From contig USDP01000001.1 in assembly GCA_900553545.1 (NCBI GenBank), positions 1 through 45,097 of the forward strand: a stretch of DNA of 45,097 nucleotides, in the 5' to 3' direction. Of this stretch, positions 1 through 8,727 are shown one piece after another; the first letter of the stretch is position 1, and every line of letters begins with the position of its first letter. The notes under the pieces are model-generated. The model was given only the letters and a program-made list of their open reading frames with translations. It was not told the DNA's origin and ran no database searches. The position numbers were made by a program, and so were the translations under genes. Origin of the DNA: an uncultured Eubacteriales bacterium (GTDB lineage: Bacteria; Bacillota; Clostridia; Oscillospirales; Oscillospiraceae).

Positions 1-74
1 ACTTCTACGATGAAAACGGGATTTTCCACTGCAACCTGATCGACCTGCTTCTCGGACGAGTCGAACTGTTCTAA
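1..74 (+). CDS. 3' end of a probable AAA/ATP-binding protein (DUF4143-type), partial
   Basis: Frame starting at 3 reads FYDENGIFHCNLIDLLLGRVELF* (TAA 72-74), resembling the YDENGI..I..DFLL C-termini of DUF4143 ATPases; only 23 codons are visible. Confidence 0.4.
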   Translation, partial: FYDENGIFHCNLIDLLLGRVELF

Positions 75-491
75 ATACTTCATGGAATCTGCGCCACTGT
101 GTATGGCTTTCAATAGCTGCGTTTTTGACCATCCACGGCATAGCGCCTGCTCCAGATACCATTTTCGCTCATCTTGTGTCAGTTCCGCTTCCATAATGAC
201 CACGTTCAGCGTCCAGCCGATTTTCATTGTCAGCCGGAGGAGCGTTTCGTCATTTTCATAGACCTTATAAAAATCGCGCATCCGGCGCACGTTGCGCGGA
301 GAAAAGCCTGTGCGGTCAGGGAAATTCGCCTGTAAAAAATCTGCGGCTGCGACCGCTGCGCCCTTCTCAGGACGCTGGCTGATGGCCTTTCCAATGGCAT
401 AAATTTCGTCCATCTGCGGAAGATTCCGTGCAAGAATTGCGGCCAATTCCCGGTACATCGTGCCGTAATCTACAGGTTTTCTGACGTTCAT
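1..491 (-). CDS. DUF1016 (YhcG) N-terminal-domain protein, runs off the left edge
   Basis: ATG at 491 with GGAAAGGA RBS; my translation MNVRKPVDYG...GFSPRNVRRMRDFY...IGWTLN...RKWYLEQALCRGWSKTQLL carries the DUF1016-N motifs; no stop before base 1, so absent from the ORF track. Confidence 0.75.
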   Translation of the reverse strand, partial: MNVRKPVDYGTMYRELAAILARNLPQMDEIYAIGKAISQRPEKGAAVAAADFLQANFPDRTGFSPRNVRRMRDFYKVYENDETLLRLTMKIGWTLNVVIMEAELTQDERKWYLEQALCRGWSKTQLLKAIHSGADSMKYLEQFDSSEKQVDQVAVENPVFIVE

Positions 492-591
492 AGCTTTTCC
501 TTTCCACGCTGCTGCGCATCATGTTCTTTGTTTTTCCGTTGAAGCATCGCTTCGACCTTGCGAAGGGTGCTTCTCTCCAGTTTCCAAAACC

Positions 592-638
592 AAAACCCGC
601 CTTTCGATAAATGGCATTCGAAAGGCGGGTTTTATTTA
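592..638. terminator. 16-bp-stem hairpin downstream of the DUF2971 gene; diverged direct repeat of 3912-3957
   Basis: AAAACCCGCCTTTCGA (592-607) / TCGAAAGGCGGGTTTT (618-633). Confidence 0.7.
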
Positions 639-689
639 AGCTCTTATTGTAATGGTTTTATTTCTGGACTGATTTGATCCATTTGGGAT

Positions 690-1739
690 TCAAAACCGAA
701 CCGGGATGTTGGAGTGTTTGATAAAATTCGAAAAATCAGATACGTTATATTTGCAATACTGCAAGAAATCCCGAATACTTGATTCAACCAAATCACTTTG
801 CACCGTAGGCGAGATCGTTATGCTCTTTACCGCATTTTCTGAAAATTTCAACTCTATGTAGGGTATCAGAATACCACTGCTGGCTCTGAATTTATAGACC
901 CCCATTTCTGCAAACTTGTCGAGAAGTTTATCCGGGACTGAGATCACAATACGAAATTCACGTTCCTGACGGAAGCAGTCTCTTTTTATGAAAAACAGGT
1001 AATCGCTGAATTCTGCTTTTTCAAAGCTGCATTGTTCGCCGTGATAGACATACACAGGAAGACTGTCCACCTTTTGCTTCTTTTCAGAATCGGTTACTTT
1101 TTTCTCCAGATCACTTAGCATTGATTGGTCGATACTTGAAGTTTGCTCATTTATCATGCGGCGGGCTACCACCAGAAATATTTTTGAAATGACCATATCC
1201 ATAGCGGACAGCAGTCTGCTTGTAAGTATGTGGCTGTATTCTGAATTGTTGTCCTTGCTATAGTCAACATTGCCAAACGAAACGTAACAGCCGTCCAGAA
1301 CCGGATTGCTTCGCAAGATACTTTCTACAAGCTTTTTATCATCAAATTCGATGTTATACCCTTGGCTGTTGACTTCTTTCGTGTAGTAATTCCACATAGG
1401 AAGAGAATCTTCCTTAAGAGAAAAGCAGCATACAAATATTTGCATTCCAAGATTTGTAATCGCCGAACGCAATTGTTTGCGCGTTTCCTCTGATGCGCGG
1501 CAATCTTTTGCGATACTGTCCAGCCCCGCAATGACCTCATCCTTATCGTTCATATACTTAATGTTTGTAAAGCGAAGCGTTTTATTGCGCAATATGCTTT
1601 CCAGCCCGCCGATGGAAGTATAGTGATAAATTAGCTTTGCCCAATGCCCCTTTTGAAATTTTAATTTGGAATTTTGCAAATGTGAATGATCAAATTGTGC
1701 TTGACCCCTGCGATCTATGTACTCCATTGTTAGCCGCAC
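690..1739 (-). CDS. DUF2971 domain protein (start uncertain; possibly frameshift-linked to 1690-2145)
   Basis: Motifs IYHYTS, MNDKDE, VCCFS..EDSLPMWNYY, GYNIEF, K...F.QEREFR, S.IP.RF. Confidence 0.8.
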   Translation of the reverse strand: MRLTMEYIDRRGQAQFDHSHLQNSKLKFQKGHWAKLIYHYTSIGGLESILRNKTLRFTNIKYMNDKDEVIAGLDSIAKDCRASEETRKQLRSAITNLGMQIFVCCFSLKEDSLPMWNYYTKEVNSQGYNIEFDDKKLVESILRSNPVLDGCYVSFGNVDYSKDNNSEYSHILTSRLLSAMDMVISKIFLVVARRMINEQTSSIDQSMLSDLEKKVTDSEKKQKVDSLPVYVYHGEQCSFEKAEFSDYLFFIKRDCFRQEREFRIVISVPDKLLDKFAEMGVYKFRASSGILIPYIELKFSENAVKSITISPTVQSDLVESSIRDFLQYCKYNVSDFSNFIKHSNIPVRF

Positions 1740-2145
1740 TCCACTTCATTCGAACATTTTTTGTCTGCATTATTGAAAAAAATTCAATGTAGTCAATGCA
1801 GTCCTCTATGCTCTTTTTAATTCCCTTTTTGATTGCCGCATCGCAAATAATCCCCCAGTAGTCTTGTTGCAGATTTGATTTCGCAGAAGGAACACTTTTG
1901 GCAGCCGCAAAATACGAAGATATCGGTGCTGTTTGCAGGGTGTCGGCAACTCGAAGCATTGCATCAATCGCAGGATATTTTTGAAGCATCTCATGGTCAA
2001 GAGCGCGTGCGTCTTGCTCTGACCCGTGCGTAATTGTGTAATAAATTCTGCCCAGGTCGTTTACAATATCTGCGCAATCTTCCGCGTCTTTTAGTGCCTT
2101 CAGTGCCGAAGATTCTAAGTCCGAAACAAAATGAATTGTACCCAT
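1690..2145 (-). CDS. Hypothetical protein upstream of DUF2971
   Basis: 151 aa ORF with GAAAGGGA RBS; overlaps the next ORF by 50 nt. Confidence 0.6.
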   Translation of the reverse strand: MGTIHFVSDLESSALKALKDAEDCADIVNDLGRIYYTITHGSEQDARALDHEMLQKYPAIDAMLRVADTLQTAPISSYFAAAKSVPSAKSNLQQDYWGIICDAAIKKGIKKSIEDCIDYIEFFSIMQTKNVRMKWSAANNGVHRSQGSSTI

Positions 2146-2339
2146 TGCGTAAATATCCCTTTCAAATACACTCCCGCTGATATTACCTCTGTCTACGTCA
2201 TTTTACTTAAAAAACAGATTGCCGACAAAGCGCTATTCCACTCGGAAACTGGTACATAGGAATTTTCGGTCTTTATGGCCACGCAGCATTCTCACCTCCG
2301 TCGTCAAAAATAGAAAAATTTTGTAAACTCCATGTATGT

Positions 2340-2348
2340 ATTATAGCA
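2340..2348 (-). promoter_or_regulatory. Extended -10 promoter (TGcTATAAT) driving the island-1 cargo
   Basis: Reverse complement of ATTATAGCA. Confidence 0.5.
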
Positions 2349-2499
2349 TATTTTATCGGAAACGGCTGCCTGTTTGAAGGATCTGTACGAAAACGTAACA
2401 AAGCCAGCTCCGAAGTGTGCTGCTGCGTGATAAAACGCCGCAGACATTCAGTAGCAAGCAATTTGACTATGCCGAGACCCCCGCTCATATATCCGCTTC

Positions 2500-2538
2500 G
2501 CTTAAGATATTCCAGACAGTGTCTGGAATATCTTAAGC
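2500..2538. repeat. Perfect 39-bp palindrome upstream of the transposase
   Basis: GCTTAAGATATTCCAGACA-G-TGTCTGGAATATCTTAAGC: 19-bp arms, 1-nt centre. Confidence 0.9.
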
Positions 2539-2645
2539 CAGGGTGTCTTGTATTTTGTTCGAGAACCATTTGGGAATATACAAGCCCTTTTAGTGCTGCG
2601 GGGCTCTCAATATAATGGTCTCAATATTTTTAAGGAGAAAGAAAT

Positions 2646-3785
2646 ATGCCCAAAGAATACTCAACCAAATTCAAAACCGAAGTAATCAAACGTTACCAGA
2701 ACGGCGAATCCATCCTGGCACTCAGTCAGGAACTGCGTATTGCCCAAAGCACGATCTACCATTGGAGAAAAGAGTTTTGCTCCATCAAAGCAGCAAATCG
2801 TATTTATACACCGAAAGAGTTTGATGCGCTTTCGCGGCGGCTGGAAAAATTGGAGCATGAAATGGAGATCATTAAACGATCCGGTTACATCGCAGATGTA
2901 CCGCTGCAGAAAAAGCTGCCCGTTTTAGAAAACATTTACCGTCAGGCAGATAACACCTACAGCGTCCATGAACTATGTGAAGCACTGGATATTGCCCGCG
3001 GAACCTTTTACAACTATATTTTTCGCCGCGCCGATCATAGCAAGCGGGAGGAAGCGCAGATCGAACTTATGCGATTGGTACAGCAGGTCTTCGATGATAG
3101 TTCCCTGCGATTCGGCGCTGAAAAGATTCGTGTCACTCTGGCCGGGAGCGGTGTCCGGGTCAGCACCAAACGCATTGCGGCAATCATGCAGGAACTGGGG
3201 CTGCAAAGCATCCGTCCAGACGCGAAAAAGCAATACAAGAAGCAGCAACAATACAAAAAGCAAAATCTGCTGGAACGCCAGTTTACTGCAGACCATCCGA
3301 ACCAGATCTGGGTCAGCGATATTACATACTTCAAAGTCAATGATTACTGGATGTATCTCTGCATCATCCTCGATCTTTTCTCACGCCGAATCGTCGATTA
3401 TCGAGTATCCCGCAATGCCAGTACAAATCTGGTCACCAGCACATTCCGAACCGCTTTCCGGGAACGCGGCAATCCCAGTGGCTTGACTTTTCACAGCGAC
3501 CGCGGCAAGCAGTACACATCGGCCGCATTTACAGCATTGCTGCAAAAATGTGAGGTGAAGCAATCTTTTTCCGCCACAGCACGGCCGCATGACAATGCCG
3601 TCGCCGAAACATTCTTTGCTTCCTTCAAAAAAGAAGAGGCGTACCGCAGGGAGTACACCTCAGAACAGAGCTACCGCAAAAGTGTGGAGCAGTATATCCA
3701 ATTTTACAATGAGCTTCGGCCCCATCGGACATTGAAGTACAAAACACCAACGGCATTCGAGAAAGCTTATTGGGCCGGTTTATGA
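2646..3785 (+). mobile_element. IS3-family DDE transposase, OrfA and OrfB fused in a single 379-aa ORF
   Basis: N-terminal HTH (STIYHW), zipper-like segment, HTH_21-like region, rve core WVSDITY / FHSDRG / DNAVAETFFASFKKE; AAGGAG RBS. Confidence 0.92.
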
Positions 3786-3911
3786 AAAAGATGTGTTCAA
3801 ATAACGACCTTACATAAAAATATTAGTTTCGCATTTTGAGAGTTTTGGAACAAATAAAGGAAAGTGGCAAAAAGAAAAAGCCTTGCTCTCTCAAGGCTTT
3901 CAAGACACGAA

Positions 3912-3957
3912 GAGACCCGCTTTTCGATAAAAATGTTCGAAAAGCGGGTCTCATTCA
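3912..3957. terminator. Hairpin immediately 3' of tRNA-Lys (terminator and/or element end)
   Basis: GAGACCCGCTTTTCGA / TCGAAAAGCGGGTCTC followed by ATTCA, ending 2 nt from the tRNA CCA. Confidence 0.7.
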
Positions 3958-3959
3958 TA

Positions 3960-4035
3960 TGGTGACCCGCCGGAGATTCGAACTCCGGACACCCTGCTTA
4001 AAAGGCAGGTGCTCTGCCTGCTGAGCTAGCGGGTC
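3960..4035 (-). tRNA. tRNA-Lys(TTT)
   Basis: Cloverleaf; anticodon arm CCTGC-CTTTTAA-GCAGG; GTTCGAATC; encoded CCA. Confidence 0.96.
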
Positions 4036-4038
4036 ATA

Positions 4039-4113
4039 TGGCAGGGATGGCAGGATTCGAACCTACGCATACAGGAGTCAAAGTCCTGTGCCTTACCGCT
4101 TGGCGACATCCCC
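4039..4113 (-). tRNA. tRNA-Gln(TTG)
   Basis: Anticodon arm CAGGA-CTTTGAC-TCCTG; encoded CCA. Confidence 0.95.
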
Positions 4114-4150
4114 ATGTGCGTATCGGCAAAATCCTGATATAAAAAAAGAA

Positions 4151-4228
4151 TGGGGTGAGTGAAGGGACTCGAACCCTCGGTCTTCAGAGCCACAATCTGA
4201 CGCGTTAACCAACTACGCTACACCCACC
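4151..4228 (-). tRNA. tRNA-His(GTG)
   Basis: Anticodon arm TCAGA-TTGTGGC-TCTGA; G-1 present; CCA. Confidence 0.95.
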
Positions 4229-4273
4229 ATATTATTCTTTTTTCCGCTGATCGAATCAGCCCGCCTCCATAAG

Positions 4274-4350
4274 TGGCACGCCAGGAGGGATTCGAACCCC
4301 CGACCTACTGCTTAGAAGGCAGTTGCTCTATCCTGCTGAGCTACTGGCGC
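4274..4350 (-). tRNA. tRNA-Arg(TCT)
   Basis: Anticodon arm ACTGC-CTTCTAA-GCAGT; CCA. Confidence 0.95.
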
Positions 4351-4353
4351 GTA

Positions 4354-4428
4354 TGGAGCGGGTGACGGGAATCGAACCCGCGTCCCCAGCTTGGAAGGCT
4401 GGTGCCCTGGCCGTTGTGCTACACCCGC
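4354..4428 (-). tRNA. tRNA-Gly(TCC)
   Basis: Anticodon arm CCAGC-CTTCCAA-GCTGG; CCA. Confidence 0.95.
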
Positions 4429-4455
4429 AGGCGCACTGATATAATCAGCTTAAAG

Positions 4456-4484
4456 ATAATACCATATTGCGCGGGCGCTGTCAA
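4456..4484 (-). promoter_or_regulatory. Sigma-A promoter of the tRNA operon
   Basis: TTGACA-N17-TATTAT with an extended TG. Confidence 0.8.
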
Positions 4485-5341
4485 GTGGGATTTTCCCATT
4501 TTTGCGGCGTATTCGCGCGCTTTTCCTGATTCGGCGCGGCGCCGAACTGCTTGCGGTAGGCGCGGAGAAAGGCCGAATAATCGCCGAAGCCGCTCTCCTC
4601 GCTGGCCTGGAGGACAGGCGTTCCGGCGGCGATCATCGCCCGGGCGAACATGAGACGTTTGCCGGTGAGATAGCCGTGGATGGTATAGCCGGTCTGCGCG
4701 CGGAACTGCCGCATCATGTGGTATTTGCTGACAAAAAAGCGCGCGGCCAGATCGTCGATCGAGACCGGCTCGGTCAGGTGTTCGGAGAGATAGCGCAGAA
4801 TGGCCTCGATCTTCCGGTCGTAGGCGGCGGGCTTCGCGTATTGGAGCAGATCGTCCGCCATGGCCCGGTTCAGCCCGATCAAAAATTGGAACAGCAGCGA
4901 CTGCGCCAGCAGCTCCCGCCCGAAGGCATCCTCCCGCTCGGCATGTTCCAGCGCCGTGAGCTGCGCGCCGCCTGTTCCGTCCGCCGGATGAACGACGAAG
5001 CGGAATTCCTCCCGCGCCCGGTCAAAACAGGCCGCAAGGTCACAGCTGCCGCCCGCGCGGCGCAGAAACTCCGGCGAGAGATAGAGGATGCGCCGCTCAT
5101 AGGGCGCGTTCGGCTCAGCCTCCGGCCGGTGAATGCAGCCCTGCGGTACGAGCACAAGATCCCCCGGCTGGAGCAGATATTGCTTGCCCTCCACGCCATA
5201 GCCCGATTCGCCGCCAAGAAATTCAATGATCTTGTGGAATGTGTGATAGTGCCAGTCGACGGACTCTTCCATCGCGCCGCGCAGATGAAACAGGCGGAAA
5301 TCCTCATGCAGATAGCCGCGTTGAACGTAATTCTGTTCCAT
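4481..5341 (-). CDS. AraC-family transcriptional regulator
   Basis: N-terminal cupin (WHYHTFH, HRP), C-terminal HTH_AraC (GFGDYSAFLRAYRKQFG). Confidence 0.93.
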   Translation of the reverse strand: MEQNYVQRGYLHEDFRLFHLRGAMEESVDWHYHTFHKIIEFLGGESGYGVEGKQYLLQPGDLVLVPQGCIHRPEAEPNAPYERRILYLSPEFLRRAGGSCDLAACFDRAREEFRFVVHPADGTGGAQLTALEHAEREDAFGRELLAQSLLFQFLIGLNRAMADDLLQYAKPAAYDRKIEAILRYLSEHLTEPVSIDDLAARFFVSKYHMMRQFRAQTGYTIHGYLTGKRLMFARAMIAAGTPVLQASEESGFGDYSAFLRAYRKQFGAAPNQEKRANTPQKWENPT

Positions 5342-5420
5342 GGCCGCACCTCATTTCGCACGATTTGCCATTAGTATAGCACAGATCATGCGAAATGTGC
5401 AAGCGGCCTGTGACACAGAC

Positions 5421-6566
5421 TTACCCCATACAGAGCGCGCGGAGCATCTGCAGAAACACATCGCCCCAGCGCAGCGCTTCGACGGCCTCCGGCGCAATGA
5501 GGTCGCGCTCCGCGATCGTCTGGCCGCCGGACGTGATCGTCAGCGTGCCGAGCGTCTGCCCGGCCTCGACCGGCGCGGTTACGGATTCGTCCACGCAAAC
5601 GCGCGTCTCCACCCCGGCGGCAAGCGCCTTGTCAATGAGAATGGGCGTCTCGTCGGCGAGAACGGGCGTGATCTCCGCCGCGGTACCCAGCGTGACCGGC
5701 ACGGCGGGCAGCTCGCCCGGCTCCGGCGTGACGAGCGCATAGTTGGAAAAGCCGTAGTTCAGCAGGGCCTTGGCCGATTCGAACCGGTCGGTCGAGCTGG
5801 CGCAGTGCAGCACGACGGCGATCAGCTCCATGCCGTTCCGCTCTGCCGAGGCGGAGAGGCAGTGCCCCGCGGCGGAGGTATAGCCGGTCTTCAGACCGGT
5901 CGTCCCGTCGTAGAAGCGGACAAGCTTATTCGTGTTGGACAGGCCGAACTGCCCGTCGCGGACGGTGTCCATCCAGATGGTCGTATACTTTTTGATGGCC
6001 TCATGGCCCAGCAGTTCGCGCGACATGAGCGCGATGTCATAAGCTGTCGTCAGATGCTCGGCGGCCTCCGGCTCGTCGTCGAGTCCTGTGCAGTTGACGA
6101 AGTGCGTGTCGGTCATGCCAAGCTGTTCTGCACGCGCGTTCATCATCTCGACGAACGCTGCCTCGCTGCCTGCGATGTGCTCGGCCATCGCGCAGGCGCA
6201 GTCGTTTGCCGAGGAGACCACGATGGATTTGAGCATCTCCTCCAGCGGGAGCTGCTCGTTTTCCTCGAGATAGATCTGGCTCCCGCCCTTGGCGGCGGCT
6301 GCGGCGGACGTCTGCACCATGTCGTCCCAGCCGATGCGTCCGTCGTCCAGTGCCTCCATGATCAGCAGCAGCGTCATCACCTTCGTCACGCTCGCCGGAC
6401 GGAGGCGTTCGTGCGCGTTGTGCTCCAAAAGCACCTCGCCGGTCGACCGCTCCATCAGCACATAGCTCGGCGCGGGCAGGTCAAGCTCTGCCGCGCGCAC
6501 CGCCGGCAGCAGCGCCCCGGCCAGCAGCACCAGCAGCACAAAGATCGCGAGCATCCGCTTTTTCAT
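5421..6566 (-). CDS. D-alanyl-D-alanine carboxypeptidase (PBP5/DacF-like)
   Basis: Signal peptide, PASVTK (SxxK), SAND (SxN), LKTG motifs. Confidence 0.93.
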   Translation of the reverse strand: MKKRMLAIFVLLVLLAGALLPAVRAAELDLPAPSYVLMERSTGEVLLEHNAHERLRPASVTKVMTLLLIMEALDDGRIGWDDMVQTSAAAAAKGGSQIYLEENEQLPLEEMLKSIVVSSANDCACAMAEHIAGSEAAFVEMMNARAEQLGMTDTHFVNCTGLDDEPEAAEHLTTAYDIALMSRELLGHEAIKKYTTIWMDTVRDGQFGLSNTNKLVRFYDGTTGLKTGYTSAAGHCLSASAERNGMELIAVVLHCASSTDRFESAKALLNYGFSNYALVTPEPGELPAVPVTLGTAAEITPVLADETPILIDKALAAGVETRVCVDESVTAPVEAGQTLGTLTITSGGQTIAERDLIAPEAVEALRWGDVFLQMLRALCMG

Positions 6567-6632
6567 AAAAAATCACCCTTCCGTTTCATTTGGTACAAAC
6601 CTATGAAACGAAAGGGCATGATAGTACCGGGA

Positions 6633-6878
6633 TCAGGCGTTTGCCGGATCTGTTAGGAATGGCGCAATGTCGGCGCAGAAGGCCGTCAGATCGCTGGCCG
6701 TGTCGGGACAGAGCGTCACTGGCGCATGCAGCTCCAGACTGCACAGGCTGAGCAGCGACTTCGCGTCGAGCCGCGCCGTGCCGCGGATGAGCCAGACGTG
6801 GAACGGATAGCGGTTGACCGCATTGACGAATTGGGCGATCTGAACAACAGAATGGAATATCACAGTAAATTCTCTCAA
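6633..6878 (-). CDS. HPr-like phosphocarrier family protein
   Basis: FVNAVNRY...DAKSLLSL (Ser46 motif); TTG start. Confidence 0.75.
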   Translation of the reverse strand: MREFTVIFHSVVQIAQFVNAVNRYPFHVWLIRGTARLDAKSLLSLCSLELHAPVTLCPDTASDLTAFCADIAPFLTDPANA

Positions 6879-7128
6879 AGGAAACCTCCCGGCAGACTAT
6901 ACAATCCGACTTTTTTCGGATATAATGAACATTCAGACGATCGATTTCGAAACACGATAGAGCGTGTGATGCAGAAAATAACTCCAAGGAAAGTTCCGAT
7001 GAAATGGCAAAAGCGATTTATCAGAAGTTTTCGTTAAAATATAGTATATTCGAGAATCCAAAGTCTGGCTATTCACAAACGCGCTAAACATTTTTTGTTC
7101 CAAATCTTTGCTTTTGGTGGTTTTACCT

Positions 7129-8436
7129 ATGAAATTCGCATTCTACACCCTCGGCTGCAAGGTCAACCAATATGAGACGCAGGCGATGCAGCAAATGCTG
7201 CTTGCAGACGGGCATACGCTCGGCGAATTTGACGAGCTCTGCGACGGCTATATCATCAATACCTGTACGGTGACTGCGGTCTCCGACAAGAAATCGCGCA
7301 ACGCCATCCGCCGCGTCCGCCGCCTGAATCCGAACGCCGTCGTCGGCGTCTGCGGCTGCTACGCGCAGGCGAACCCGGATGAGATCCGCAAGCTGGACGT
7401 CGACGTCCTCGTCGGCACGGCAGACCGGCGTGCATTTATTTCGCACCTCGAGCAGGCTGCCGAACACAAGCAGAAGTGGGAGAAGATTGAAGACAACCGT
7501 CTCGGACAGGACTTTGAGATCCTGCCCGCCGGCGGCCTCACCGCGCGGACGCGCGCGCTGCTGAAGGTGGAGGACGGGTGCAACAATTTCTGTTCCTATT
7601 GCATCATCCCCTACGCGCGCGGACGCGTGCGCTCTATGCCGCTGGACGCTGCCGTCGCCGAGGCGCAGAAGCTCGCCGCCGAGGGCTATCGCGAGATCGT
7701 CATTAACGGCATCGAAATTTCCTCCTGGGGGCAGGAATGGAAAGACGGGTCCGTCCTGCGCGACCTGCTCGCGGCGATCTGCGCCGCCGTGCCGGATGTG
7801 CGCATCCGTCTCGGCTCGCTCGAACCGCGGACGATCGACGAAGCATTCTGCCGCGCACTGGCGGGCTTCCCAAATCTCTGCCCGCAGTTCCACCTGAGCC
7901 TCCAGAGCGGCAGCGACAGCGTCCTGCGCCGCATGAACCGCAAGTACGACACCGCGCGCTATGCCGAGAGCGTCCGCCTTTTGCACGCGTATTTCCCCGG
8001 CTGCGCCGTCACGACCGACCTGATCGTCGGATTCCCCGGCGAGACAGAAGAGGAATTCCGGCAGTCGCTGGGCTTTGTCCGCGCCTGCGGCCTCTCGAAA
8101 ATTCACATCTTCCCGTACTCGCGCCGCGCCGGCACGCCCGCCGCGAAAATGTCGGATCAAGTCCCGAACGCAGTCAAGGAACAGCGCGCGTCGGAGGCTG
8201 CAAAGGTGGCCAGTGAACTCGAGGATGCGTTCCATACCGCGCTGATCGGCACGGAGCAGACCGTGCTTTTCGAGCAGCCGGAGGCCGGTTTCTTCACAGG
8301 TCACGCGCCGAATTACGTCAAGGTCTACGCCGAGGCCGGAGATCTGCATAATCAGCTCCGCCGTGTGCGCGTCGCGGGCCTCTGCCGGGACGGCGTTTTG
8401 GGCGAATTGGTTGACGAGGCAGAAAAAACTTTCTGA
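7129..8436 (+). CDS. mtaB: tRNA t6A37 methylthiotransferase MtaB
   Basis: TLGCKVNQYE, NTCTVT, radical-SAM CNNFCSYC, C-terminal TRAM domain. Confidence 0.93.
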   Translation: MKFAFYTLGCKVNQYETQAMQQMLLADGHTLGEFDELCDGYIINTCTVTAVSDKKSRNAIRRVRRLNPNAVVGVCGCYAQANPDEIRKLDVDVLVGTADRRAFISHLEQAAEHKQKWEKIEDNRLGQDFEILPAGGLTARTRALLKVEDGCNNFCSYCIIPYARGRVRSMPLDAAVAEAQKLAAEGYREIVINGIEISSWGQEWKDGSVLRDLLAAICAAVPDVRIRLGSLEPRTIDEAFCRALAGFPNLCPQFHLSLQSGSDSVLRRMNRKYDTARYAESVRLLHAYFPGCAVTTDLIVGFPGETEEEFRQSLGFVRACGLSKIHIFPYSRRAGTPAAKMSDQVPNAVKEQRASEAAKVASELEDAFHTALIGTEQTVLFEQPEAGFFTGHAPNYVKVYAEAGDLHNQLRRVRVAGLCRDGVLGELVDEAEKTF

Positions 8437-8463
8437 AACCGCGAAAAAACCGAACAAAAGTTG

Positions 8464-8492
8464 TTGACAAATCGCATCTTTGCCGATATAAT
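8464..8492 (+). promoter_or_regulatory. Consensus sigma-A promoter of tRNA-Met-Glu
   Basis: TTGACA-N17-TATAAT. Confidence 0.88.
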
Positions 8493-8521
8493 ATCTCTTG
8501 CTGTGAGACACAGCAGTATAT

Positions 8522-8597
8522 GGCGGCATAGCTCAGTTGGTAGAGCATTCGGTTCATACCCGGAGTGTCATCTGTTCGAGTCAGATTGCCGCTACCA
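8522..8597 (+). tRNA. tRNA-Met(CAT), elongator type
   Basis: Anticodon arm TTCGG-TTCATAC-CCGGA; paired first position; CCA. Confidence 0.93.
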
Positions 8598-8672
8598 GGC
8601 CCGTTGGTCAAGCGGTTAAGACACCGCCCTTTCACGGCGGTAACATGGGTTCGATTCCCGTACGGGTCACCA
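8598..8672 (+). tRNA. tRNA-Glu(TTC)
   Basis: Anticodon arm CCGCC-CTTTCAC-GGCGG; CCA. Confidence 0.95.
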
Positions 8673-8676
8673 TGTG

Positions 8677-8727
8677 AAAACACCACTGCAATCTGAACTC
8701 CCCGGAGTTGGACACAGTGGTGTTTTT
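8677..8727 (+). terminator. Hairpin after tRNA-Glu with an IS3 end-like motif in its loop
   Basis: AAAACACCACTG ... CAGTGGTGTTTT; loop contains TGAACTCCCCGGAGTTGGACACA (8694-8716). Confidence 0.65.
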
